A model generated the notes under the pieces. The model made no database searches, was not told where the DNA came from, and worked only from the letters and a program-made list of their open reading frames with translations. A DNA stretch of 64,000 bases from contig OZ059899.1 of NCBI GenBank assembly GCA_964057225.1, forward strand, positions 2,294,001-2,358,000, written 5' to 3'. The translations under genes and the position numbers were made by a program. The DNA is from Auanema rhodensis. Lineage: Eukaryota > Animalia > Nematoda. This document shows positions 27,201 to 40,710 of the stretch, one piece after another; position 1 is the first letter of the stretch, and each line of letters starts with the position of its first letter.

Positions 27201-30200
27201 GAAAAATGGAATCTAAAAACATCTACTTTTTGCTAAATTATTTTGAAATTTTTCGAAAAAATTTTTGTCAAAATGTTTTTGGAAGCAATGTTGAGTGTAC
27301 ATGGAAACTCAACATACACTAATGCATCATTTTTCAAACGATCATAACTAATTTTTGTATCAAACGTTTCTCAATGTAGTATAGTGCATTCGATGCGGAT
27401 TTTTAAGCTGCGTCGATCTGTGTTATCAGATTTGCGCTAGCTTAAAAATGCACCGAGATATCAAGTGATATAAGTTCACACTTATATCCTCGATTTTCAC
27501 CCTGAAGAATTAATTTTTTCGTTGAATAACATTGTCTATCGTCTTTGCCTTGAAAAATGGAATCTAAAAACATCTACTTTTTGCTAAATTATTTTGAAAT
27601 TTTTCGAAAAAATTTTTGTCAAAATGTTTTTGGAAGCAATGTTGAGTGTACATGGAAACTCAACATACACTAATGCATCATTTTTCAAACGATCATAACT
27701 AATTTTTGTATTAAGCTTTTCTCAATGTAGTATAGTGCATTCGATGCGGATTTTTAAGCTGCGTCGATCTGTGTTATCAGATTTGCGCTAGCTTAAAAGA
27801 ACACCGAGATATCAACTGATATAAGTTCACACTTATATCCTCGATTTTCACCCTGAAGAATTAATTTTTTCGTTGAATAACATTGTCTATCGTCTTTGCC
27901 TTGAAAAATGGAATTTAAAAACATCTACTTTTTGCTAAATTATTTTGAAATTTTTCGAAAAAATTTTTGTCAAAATGTTTTTGGAAGCAATGTTGAGTGT
28001 ACATGGAAACTCAACATACACTAATGCATCATTTTTCAAACGATCATAACTAATTTTTGTATTAAGCTTTTCTCAATGTAGTATAGTGCATTCGATGCGG
28101 ATTTTTAAGCTGCGTCGATCTGTGTTATCAGATTTGCGCTAGCTTAAAAATGCACCGAGATATCAACTGATATAAGTTCACACTTATATCCTCGATTTTC
28201 ACCCTGAAGAATTGATTTTTTCGTTGAATAACATTGTCTATCGTCTTTGCCTTGAAAAATGGAATCTAAAAACATCTACTTTTTGCTAAATTATTTTGAA
28301 ATTTTTCGAAAAAATTTTTGTCAAAATGTTTTTGGAAGCAATGTTGAGTGTACATGGAAACTCAACATACACTAATGCATCATTTTTCAAACAATCATAA
28401 CTAATTTGTGTATTAAGCGTTTCTCAATGTAGTATAGTGCATTCGATGCGGATTTTTAAGCTGCGTCGATCTGTGTTATCAGATTTGCGCTAGCTTAAAA
28501 ATGCACCGAGATATCAACTGATATAAGTTCACACTTATATCCTCGATTTTCACCCTGAAGAATTAATTTTTTCGTTGAATAACATTATCCATCGTCTTTG
28601 CCTTGAAAAATGGAATTTAAAAACATCTACTTTTTGCTAAATTATTTTGAAATTTTTCGAAAAACTTTTGTCAAAATGTTTTTGGAAGCAATGTTGAGTG
28701 TACATGGAAACTCAACATACACTAATGCATCATTTTTCAAACGATCATAACTAATTTTTGTATCAAGCGTTTCTCAATGTAGTATAGTGCATTCGATGCG
28801 GATTTTTAAGCTGCGTCGATCTGTGTTATCAGATTTGCGCTAACTTAAAAATGCACCGAGATATCAACTGATATAAGTTCACACTTATATCCTCGATTTT
28901 CACCCTGAACAATTAATTTTTTCGTTGAATAACATTGTCCATCGTCTTTGCCTTGAAAAATGGAATCTAAAAACATCTACTTTTTGCTAAATTATTTTGA
29001 AATTTTTCGAAAAAATTTTTGTCAAAATGTTTTTGGAAGCAATGTTGAGTGTACATGGAAACTCAACATACACTAATGCATCATTTTTCAAACAATCATA
29101 ACTAATTTTTGTATTAAGCTTTTCTCAATGTAGTATAGTGCATTCGATGCGGATTTTTAAGCTGCGTCGATCTGTGTTATCAGATTTGCGCTAACTTAAA
29201 AATGCACCGAGATATCAACTGATATAAGTTCACACTTATATCCTCGATTTTCACCCTGAACAATTAATTTTTTCGATGAATAACATTGTCTATCGTCTTT
29301 GCCTTGAAAAATGGAATCTAAAAACATCTACTTTTTGCTAAATTATTTTGAAATTTTTCGAAAAAATTTTTGTCAAAATGTTTTTGGAAGCAATGTTGAG
29401 TGTACATGGAAACTCAACATACACTAATGCATCATTTTTCAAACGATCATAACTAATTTTTGTATTAAGCTTTTCTCAATGTAGTATAGTGCATTCGATG
29501 CGGATTTTTAAGCTGCGTCGATCTGTGGTATCAGATTTGCGCTAGCTTAAAAATGCACCGAGATATCAACTGATATAAGTTCACACTTATATCCTCGATT
29601 TTCACCCTGAAGAATTAATTTTTTCGTTGAATAACATTATCCATCGTCTTTGCCTTGACGAATGAAATCTAAAAACATCTACTTTTTGCTAAATTATTTT
29701 GAAATTTTTCGAAAAACTTTTGTCAAAATGTTTTTGGAAGCAATGTTGAGTGTACATGGAAACTCAACATACACTAATGCATCATTTTTCAAACGATCAT
29801 AACTAATTTTTGTATCAAGCGTTTCTCATTGTAGTATAGTGCATTCGATGCGGATTTTTAAGCTGCGTCGATCTGTGTTATCAGATTTGCGCTAACTTAA
29901 AAATGCACCGAGATATCAACTGATATAAGTTCACACTTATATCCTCGATTTTCACCCTGAAGAATTAATTTTTTCGTTGAATAACATTATCCATCGTCTT
30001 TGCCTTGACAAATGAAATCTAAAAACATCTACTTTTTGCTAAATTATTTTGAAATTTTTCGAAAAACTTTTGTCAAAATGTTTTTGGAAGCAATGTTGAG
30101 TGTACATGGAAACTCAACATACACTAATGCATCATTTTTCAAACGATCATAACTAATTTTTGTATCAAGCGTTTCTCAATGTAGTATAGTGCATTCGATG

Positions 30201-30533
30201 CGGATTTTTAAGCTGCGTCGATCTGTGTTATCAGATTTGCGCTAACTTAAAAATGCACCGAGATATCAACTGATATAAGTTCACACTTATATCCTCGATT
30301 TTCACCCTGAACAATTAATTTTTTCGTTGAATAACATTGTCCATCGTCTTTGCCTTGAAAAATGGAATCTAAAAACATCTACTTTTTGCTAAATTATTTT
30401 GAAATTTTTCGAAAAAATTTTTGTCAAAATGTTTTTGGAAGCAATGTTGAGTGTACATGGAAACTCAACATACACTAATGCATCATTTTTCAAACAATCA
30501 TAACTAATTTCTGTATTAAGCTTTTCTCAATGT

Positions 30534-33500
30534 AGTATAGTGCATTCGATGCGGATTTTTAAGCTGCGTCGATCTGTGTTATCAGATTTGCGCTAACTTA
30601 AAAATGCACCGAGATATCAACTGATATAAGTTCACACTTATATCCTCGATTTTCACCCTGAACAATTAATTTTTTCGATGAATAACATTGTCTATCGTCT
30701 TTGCCTTGAAAAATGAAATCTGAAAACATCTACTTTTTGCTAAATTATTTTGAAATTTTTCGAAAAAATTTTTGTCAAAATGTTTTTGGAAGCAATGTTG
30801 AGTGTACATGGAAACTCAACATACACTAATGCATCATTTTTCAAACGATCATAACTAATTTTTGTATTACGCTTTTCTCAATGTAGTATAGTGCATTCGA
30901 TGCGGATTTTTAAGCTGCGTCGATCTGTGGTATCAGATTTGCGCTAGCTTAAAAATGCACCGAGATATCAACTGATATAAGTTCACACTTATATCCTCGA
31001 TTTTCACCCTGAAGAATTAATTTTTTCGTTGAATAACATTATCCATCGTCTTTGCCTTGAAAAATGGAATCTAAAAACATCTACTTTTTGCTAAATTATT
31101 TTGAAATTTTTCGAAAAAATTTTTGTCAAAATGTTTTTGGAAGCAATGTTGAGTGTACATGGAAACTCAACATACACTAATGCATCATTTTTCAAACGAT
31201 CATAACTAATTTTTGTATCAAGCGTTTCTCAATGTAGTATAGTGCAATCGATGCGGATTTTTAAGCTGCGTCGATCTGTGTTATCAAATTTGCGCTAACT
31301 TAAAAATGCACCGAGATATCAACTGATATAAGTTCACACTTATATCCTCGATTTTCACCCTAAACAATTAATTTTTTCGTTGAATAACATTGTCCATCGT
31401 CTTTGCCTTGAAAAATGGAATCTAAAAACATCTACTTTTTGCTAAATTATTTTGAAATTTTTCGAAAAAATTTTTGTCAAAATGTTTTTGGAAGCAATGT
31501 TGAGTGTACATGGAAACTCAACATACACTAATGCATCATTTTTCAAACAATCATAACTAATTTTTGTATTAAGCTTTTCTCAATGTAGTATAGTGCATTC
31601 GATGCGGATTTTTAAGCTGCGTCGATCTGTGTTATCAGATTTGCGCTAACTTAAAAATGCACCGAGATATCAACTGATATAAGTTCACACTTATATCCTC
31701 GATTTTCACCCTGAACAATTAATTTTTTCGTTGAATAACATTGTCTATCGTCTTTGCCTTGAAAAATGGAATCTAAAAACATCTACTTTTTGCTAAATTA
31801 TTTTGAAATTTTTCGAAAAAATTTTTGTCAAAATGTTTTTGGAAGCAATGTTGAGTGTACATGGAAACTCAACATACACTAATGCATCATTTTTCAAACG
31901 ATCATAACTAATTTTTGTATCAAGCGTTTCTCAATGTAGTATAGTGCATTCGATGCGGATTTTTAAGCTGCGTCGATCTGTGTTATCAGATTTGCGCTAA
32001 CTTAAAAATGCACCGAGATATCAACTGATATAAGTTCACACTTATATCCTCGATTTTCACCCTGAACAATTAATTTTTTCGATGAATAACATTGTCTATC
32101 GTCTTTGCCTTGAAAAATGGAATCTGAAAACATCTACTTTTTGCTAAATTATTTTGAAATTTTTCGAAAAAATTTTTGTCAAAATGTTTTTGGAAGCAAT
32201 GTTGAGTGTACATGGAAACTCAACATACACTAATGCATCATTTTTCAAACGATCATAACTAATTTTTGTATCAAGCGTTTCTCAATGTAGTATAGTGCAT
32301 TCGATGCGGATTTTTAAGCTGCGTCGATCTGTGTTATCAGATTTGCGCTAACTTAAAAATGCACCGAGATATCAACTGATATAAGTTCACACTTATATCC
32401 TCGATTTTCACCCTAAACAATTAATTTTTTCGTTGAATAACATTGTCCATCGTCTTTGCCTTGAAAAATGGAATCTAAAAACATCTACTTTTTGCTAAAT
32501 TATTTTGAAATTTTTCGAAAAAATTTTTGTCAAAATGTTTTTGGAAGCAATGTTGAGTGTACATGGAAACTCAACATACACTAATGCATCATTTTTCAAA
32601 CAATCATAACTAATTTTTGTATTAAGCTTTTCTCAATGTAGTATAGTGCATTCGATGCGGATTTTTAAGCTGCGTCGATCTGTGTTATCAGATTTGCGCT
32701 AACTTAAAAATGCACCGAGATATCAACTGATATAAGTTCACACTTATATCCTCGATTTTCACCCTGAACAATTAATTTTTTCGTTGAATAACATTGTCTA
32801 TCGTCTTTGCCTTGAAAAATGGAATCTAAAAACATCTACTTTTTGCTAAATTATTTTGAAATTTTTCGAAAAAATTTTTGTCAAAATGTTTTTGGAAGCA
32901 ATGTTGAGTGTACATGGAAACTCAACATACACTAATGCATCATTTTTCAAACGATCATAACTAATTTTTGTATCAAGCGTTTCTCAATGTAGTATAGTGC
33001 ATTCGATGCGGATTTTTAAGCTGCGTCGATCTGTGTTATCAGATTTGCGCTAACTTAAAAATGCACCGAGATATCAACTGATATAAGTTCACACTTATAT
33101 CCTCGATTTTCACCCTGAACAATTAATTTTTTCGATGAATAACATTGTCTATCGTCTTTGCCTTGAAAAATGGAATCTGAAAACATCTACTTTTTGCTAA
33201 ATTATTTTGAAATTTTTCGAAAAAATTTTTGTCAAAATGTTTTTGGAAGCAATGTTGAGTGTACATGGAAACTCAACATACACTAATGCATCATTTTTCA
33301 AACGATCATAACTAATTTTTGTATTACGCTTTTCTCAATGTAGTATAGTGCATTCGATGCGGATTTTTAAGCTGCGTCGATCTGTGGTATCAGATTTGCG
33401 CTAGCTTAAAAATGCACCGAGATATCAACTGATATAAGTTCACACTTATATCCTCGATTTTCACCCTGAAGAATTAATTTTTTCGTTGAATAACATTATC

Positions 33501-36500
33501 CATCGTCTTTGCCTTGAAAAATGGAATCTAAAAACATCTACTTTTTGCTAAATTATTTTGAAATTTTTCGAAAAAATTTTTGTCAAAATGTTTTTGGAAG
33601 CAATGTTGAGTGTACATGGAAACTCAACATACACTAATGCATCATTTTTCAAACGATCATAACTAATTTTTGTATCAAGCGTTTCTCAATGTAGTATAGT
33701 GCAATCGATGCGGATTTTTAAGCTGCGTCGATCTGTGTTATCAGATTTGCGCTAACTTAAAAATGCACCGAGATATCAACTGATATAAGTTCACACTTAT
33801 ATCCTCGATTTTCACCCTAAACAATTAATTTTTTCGTTGAATAACATTGTCCATCGTCTTTGCCTTGAAAAATGGAATCTAAAAACATCTACTTTTTGCT
33901 AAATTATTTTGAAATTTTTCGAAAAAATTTTTGTCAAAATGTTTTTGGAAGCAATGTTGAGTGTACATGGAAACTCAACATACACTAATGCATCATTTTT
34001 CAAACAATCATAACTAATTTTTGTATTAAGCTTTTCTCAATGTAGTATAGTGCATTCGATGCGGATTTTTAAGCTGCGTCGATCTGTGTTATCAGATTTG
34101 CGCTAACTTAAAAATGCACCGAGATATCAACTGATATAAGTTCACACTTATATCCTCGATTTTCACCCTGAACAATTAATTTTTTCGTTGAATAACATTG
34201 TCTATCGTCTTTGCCTTGAAAAATGGAATCTAAAAACATCTACTTTTTGCTAAATTATTTTGAAATTTTTCGAAAAAATTTTTGTCAAAATGTTTTTGGA
34301 AGCAATGTTGAGTGTACATGGAAACTCAACATACACTAATGCATCATTTTTCAAACGATCATAACTAATTTTTGTATCAAGCGTTTCTCAATGTAGTATA
34401 GTGCATTCGATGCGGATTTTTAAGCTGCGTCGATCTGTGTTATCAGATTTGCGCTAACTTAAAAATGCACCGAGATATCAACTGATATAAGTTCACACTT
34501 ATATCCTCGATTTTCACCCTGAACAATTAATTTTTTCGATGAATAACATTGTCTATCGTCTTTGCCTTGAAAAATGGAATCTGAAAACATCTACTTTTTG
34601 CTAAATTATTTTGAAATTTTTCGAAAAAATTTTTGTCAAAATGTTTTTGGAAGCAATGTTGAGTGTACATGGAAACTCAACATACACTAATGCATCATTT
34701 TTCAAACGATCATAACTAATTTTTGTATCAAGCGTTTCTCAATGTAGTATAGTGCATTCGATGCGGATTTTTAAGCTGCGTCGATCTGTGTTATCAGATT
34801 TGCGCTAACTTAAAAATGCACCGAGATATCAACTGATATAAGTTCACACTTATATCCTCGATTTTCACCCTGAACAATTAATTTTTTCGTTGAATAACAT
34901 TGTCCATCGTCTTTGCCTTGAAAAATGGAATCTAAAAACATCTACTTTTTGCTAAATTATTTTGAAATTTTTCGAAAAAATTTTTGTCAAAATGTTTTTG
35001 GAAGCAATGTTGAGTGTACATGGAAACTCAACATACACTAATGCATCATTTTTCAAACAATCATAACTAATTTTTGTATTAAGCTTTTCTCAATGTAGTA
35101 TAGTGCATTCGATGCGGATTTTTAAGCTGCGTCGTTCTGTGTTATCAGATTTGCGCTAACTTAAAAATGCACCGAGATATCAACTGATATAAGTTCACAC
35201 TTATATCCTCGATTTTCACCCTGAACAATTAATTTTTTCGATGAATAACATTGTCTATCGTCTTTGCCTTGAAAAATGAAATCTGAAAACATCTACTTTT
35301 TGCTAAATTATTTTGAAATTTTTCGAAAAAATTTTTGTCAAAATGTTTTTGGAAGCAATGTTGAGTGTACATGGAAACTCAACATACACTAATGCATCAT
35401 TTTTCAAACGATCATAACTAATTTTTGTATTACGCTTTTCTCAATGTAGTATAGTGCATTCGATGCGGATTTTTAAGCTGCGTCGATCTGTGGTATCAGA
35501 TTTGCGCTAGCTTAAAAATGCACCGAGATATCAACTGATATAAGTTCACACTTATATCCTCGATTTTCACCCTGAAGAATTAATTTTTTCGTTGAATAAC
35601 ATTATCCATCGTCTTTGCCTTGAAAAATGGAATCTAAAAACATCTACTTTTTGCTAAATTATTTTGAAATTTTTCGAAAAAATTTTTGTCAAAATGTTTT
35701 TGGAAGCAATGTTGAGTGTACATGGAAACTCAACATACACTGATGCATCATTTTTCAAACGATCATAACTAATTTTTGTATCAAGCGTTTCTCAATGTAG
35801 TATAGTGCATTCGATGCGGATTTTTAAGCTGCGTCGATCTGTGTTATCAGATTTGCGCTAACTTAAAAATGCACCGAGATATCAACTGATATAAGTTCAC
35901 ACTTATATCCTCGATTTTCACCCTAAACAATTAATTTTTTCGTTGAATAACATTGTCCATCGTCTTTGCCTTGAAAAATGGAATCTAAAAACATCTACTT
36001 TTTGCTAAATTATTTTGAAATTTTTCGAAAAAATTTTTGTCAAAATGTTTTTGGAAGCAATGTTGAGTGTACATGGAAACTCAACATACACTAATGCATC
36101 ATTTTTCAAACAATCATAACTAATTTTTGTATTAAGCTTTTCTCAATGTAGTATAGTGCATTCGATGCGGATTTTTAAGCTGCGTCGATCTGTGTTATCA
36201 GATTTGCGCTAACTTAAAAATGCACCGAGATATCAACTGATATAAGTTCACACTTATATCCTCGATTTTCACCCTGAACAATTAATTTTTTCGTTGAATA
36301 ACATTGTCTATCGTCTTTGCCTTGAAAAATGGAATCTAAAAACATCTACTTTTTGCTAAATTATTCTGAAATTTTTCGAAAAAATTTTTGTCAAAATGTT
36401 TTTGGAAGCAATGTTGAGTGTACATGGAAACTCAACATACACTAATGCATCATTTTTCAAACGATCATAACTAATTTTTGTATCAAGCGTTTCTCAATGT

Positions 36501-39500
36501 AGTATAGTGCATTCGATGCGGATTTTTAAGCTGCGTCGATCTGTGTTATCAGATTTGCGCTAACTTAAAAATGCACCGAGATATCAACTGATATAAGTTC
36601 ACACTTATATCCTCGATTTTCACCCTGAACAATTAATTTTTTCGATGAATAACATTGTCTATCGTCTTTGCCTTGAAAAATGGAATCTGAAAACATCTAC
36701 TTTTTGCTAAATTATTTTGAAATTTTTCGAAAAAATTTTTGTCAAAATGTTTTTGGAAGCAATGTTGAGTGTACATGGAAACTCAACATACACTAATGCA
36801 TCATTTTTCAAACGATCATAACTAATTTTTGTATCAAGCGTTTCTCAATGTAGTATAGTGCATTCGATGCGGATTTTTAAGCTGCGTCGATCTGTGTTAT
36901 CAGATTTGCGCTAACTTAAAAATGCACCGAGATATCAACTGATATAAGTTCACACTTATATCCTCGATTTTCACCCTGAACAATTAATTTTTTCGTTGAA
37001 TAACATTGTCCATCGTCTTTGCCTTGAAAAATGGAATCTAAAAACATCTACTTTTTGCTAAATTATTTTGAAATTTTTCGAAAAAATTTTTGTCAAAATG
37101 TTTTTGGAAGCAATGTTGAGTGTACATGGAAACTCAACATACACTGATGCATCATTTTTCAAACGATCATAACTAATTTTTGTATCAAGCGTTTCTCAAT
37201 GTAGTATAGTGCATTCGATGCGGATTTTTAAGCTGCGTCGATCTGTGTTATCAGATTTGCGCTAACTTAAAAATGCACCGAGATATCAACTGATATAAGT
37301 TCACACTTATATCCTCGATTTTCACCCTAAACAATTAATTTTTTCGTTGAATAACATTGTCCATCGTCTTTGCCTTGAAAAATGGAATCTAAAAACATCT
37401 ACTTTTTGCTAAATTATTTTGAAATTTTTCGAAAAAATTTTTGTCAAAATGTTTTTGGAAGCAATGTTGAGTGTACATGGAAACTCAACATACACTAATG
37501 CATCATTTTTCAAACAATCATAACTAATTTTTGTATTAAGCTTTTCTCAATGTAGTATAGTGCATTCGATGCGGATTTTTAAGCTGCGTCGATCTGTGTT
37601 ATCAGATTTGCGCTAACTTAAAAATGCACCGAGATATCAACTGATATAAGTTCACACTTATATCCTCGATTTTCACCCTGAACAATTAATTTTTTCGTTG
37701 AATATTATTGTCTATCGTCTTTGCCTTGAAAAATGGAATCTAAAAACATCTACTTTTTGCTAAATTATTTTGAAATTTTTCGAAAAAATTTTTGTCAAAA
37801 TGTTTTTGGAAGCAATGTTGAGTGTACATGGAAACTCAACATACACTAATGCATCATTTTTCAAACGATCATAACTAATTTTTGTATCAAGCGTTTCTCA
37901 ATGTAGTATAGTGCATTCGATGCGGATTTTTAAGCTGCGTCGATCTGTGTTATCAGATTTGCGCTAACTTAAAAATGCACCGAGATATCAACTGATATAA
38001 GTTCACACTTATATCCTCGATTTTCACCCTGAACAATTAATTTTTTCGATGAATAACATTGTCTATCGTCTTTGCCTTGAAAAATGGAATCTGAAAACAT
38101 CTACTTTTTGCTAAATTATTTTGAAATTTTTCGAAAAAATTTTTGTCAAAATGTTTTTGGAAGCAATGTTGAGTGTACATGGAAACTCAACATACACTAA
38201 TGCATCATTTTTCAAACGATCATAACTAATTTTTGTATTAAGCTTTTCTCAATGTAGTATAGTGCATTCGATGCGGATTTTTAAGCTGCGTCGATCTGTG
38301 GTATCAGATTTGCGCTAGCTTAAAAATGCACCGAGATATCAACTGATATAAGTTCACACTTATATCCTCGATTTTCACCCTGAAGAATTAATTTTTTCGT
38401 TGAATAACATTATCCATCGTCTTTGCCTTGACAAATGAAATCTAAAAACATCTACTTTTTGCTAAATTATTTTGAAATTTTTCGAAAAACTTTTGTCAAA
38501 ATGTTTTTGGAAGCAATGTTGAGTGTACATGGAAACTCAACATACACTAATGCATCATTTTTCAAACGATCATAACTAATTTTTGTATCAAGCGTTTCTC
38601 AATGTAGTATAGTGCATTCGATGCGGATTTTTAAGCTGCGTCGATCTGTGTTATCAGATTTGCGCTAACTTAAAAATGCACCGAGATATCAACTGATATA
38701 AGTTCACACTTATATCCTCGATTTTCACCCTGAACAATTAATTTTTTCGTTGAATAACATTGTCCATCGTCTTTGCCTTGAAAAATGGAATCTAAAAACA
38801 TCTACTTTTTGCTAAATTATTTTGAAATTTTTCGAAAAAATTTTTGTCAAAATGTTTTTGGAAGCAATGTTGAGTGTACATGGAAACTCAACATACACTA
38901 ATGCATCATTTTTCAAACAATCATAACTAATTTTTGTATTAAGCTTTTCTCAATGTAGTATAGTGCATTCGATGCGGATTTTTAAGCTGCGTCGATCTGT
39001 GGTATCAGATTTGCGCTAGCTTAAAAATGCACCGAGATATCAACTGATATAAGTTCACACTTATATCCTCGATTTTCACCCTGAAGAATTAATTTTTTCG
39101 TTGAATAACATTATCCATCGTCTTTGCCTTGACAAATGAAATCTAAAAACATCTACTTTTTGCTAAATTATTTTGAAATTTTTCGAAAAACTTTTGTCAA
39201 AATGTTTTTGGAAGCAATGTTGAGTGTACATGGAAACTCAACATACACTAATGCATCATTTTTCAAACGATCATAACTAATTTTTGTATCAAGCGTTTCT
39301 CAATGTAGTATAGTGCATTCGATGCGGATTTTTAAGCTGCGTCGATCTGTGTTATCAGATTTGCGCTAACTTAAAAATGCACCAAGATATCAACTGATAT
39401 AAGTTCACACTTATATCCTCGATTTTCACCCTGAACAATTAATTTTTTCGTTGAATAACATTGTCCATCGTCTTTGCCTTGAAAAATGGAATCTAAAAAC

Positions 39501-39657
39501 ATCTACTTTTTGCTAAATTATTTTGAAATTTTTCGAAAAAATTTTTGTCAAAATGTTTTTGGAAGCAATGTTGAGTGTACATGGAAACTCAACATACACT
39601 AATGCATCATTTTTCAAACAATCATAACTAATTTTTGTATTAAGCTTTTCTCAATGT
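30534..39657. repeat. Irregular 2-4-monomer higher-order domain
   Basis: TTCGATGAA plus ATCTGAAAAC monomers at 30534, 31938, 32991, 34395, 35097, 36501, 37905; CTGTGGTAT monomers at 30885, 33342, 35448, 38256, 38957; CCTAAACAA monomers at 31236, 32289, 33693, 35799, 37203. Confidence 0.75.
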
Positions 39658-40710
39658 AGTATAGTGCATTCGATGCGGATTTTTAAGCTGCGTCGATCTG
39701 TGTTATCAGATTTGCGCTAACTTAAAAATGCACCGAGATATCAACTGATATAAGTTCACACTTATATCCTCGATTTTCACCCTGAACAATTAATTTTTTC
39801 GTTGAATAACATTGTCTATCGTCTTTGCCTTGAAAAATGGAATCTAAAAACATCTACTTTTTGCTAAATTATTTTGAAATTTTTCGAAAAAATTTTTGTC
39901 AAAATGTTTTTGGAAGCAATGTTGAGTGTACATGGAAACTCAACATACACTAATGCATCATTTTTCAAACAATCATAACTAATTTGTGTATTAAGCGTTT
40001 CTTAATGTAGTATAGTGCATTCGATGCGGATTTTTAAGCTGCGTCGATCTGTGTTATCAGATTTGCGCTAGCTTAAAAATGCACCGAGATATCAACTGAT
40101 ATAAGTTCACACTTATATCCTCGATTTTCACCCTGAAGAATTAATTTTTTCGTTGAATAACATTATCCATCGTCTTTGCCTTGAAAAATGGAATCTAAAA
40201 ACATCTACTTTTTGCTAAATTATTTTGAAATTTTTCGAAAAAATTTTTGTCAAAATGTTTTTGGAAGCAATGTTGAGTGTACATGGAAACTCAACATACA
40301 CTAATGCATCATTTTTCAAACGATCATAACTAATTTTTGTATCAAGCGTTTCTCAATGTAGTATAGTGCATTCGATGCGGATTTTTAAGCTGCGTCGATC
40401 TGTGTTATCAGATTTGCGCTAACTTAAAAATGCACCGAGATATCAACTGATATAAGTTCACACTTATATCCTCGATTTTCACCCTGAACAATTAATTTTT
40501 TCGTTGAATAACATTGTCCATCGTCTTTGCCTTGAAAAAAGGAATCTAAAAACATCTACTTTTTGCTAAATTATTTTGAAATTTTTGGAAAAAATTTTTG
40601 TCAAAATGTTTTTGGAAGCAATGTTGAGTGTACATGGAAACTCAACATACACTAATGCATCATTTTTCAAACGATCATAACTAATTTTTGTATTAAGCGT
40701 TTCTCAATGT

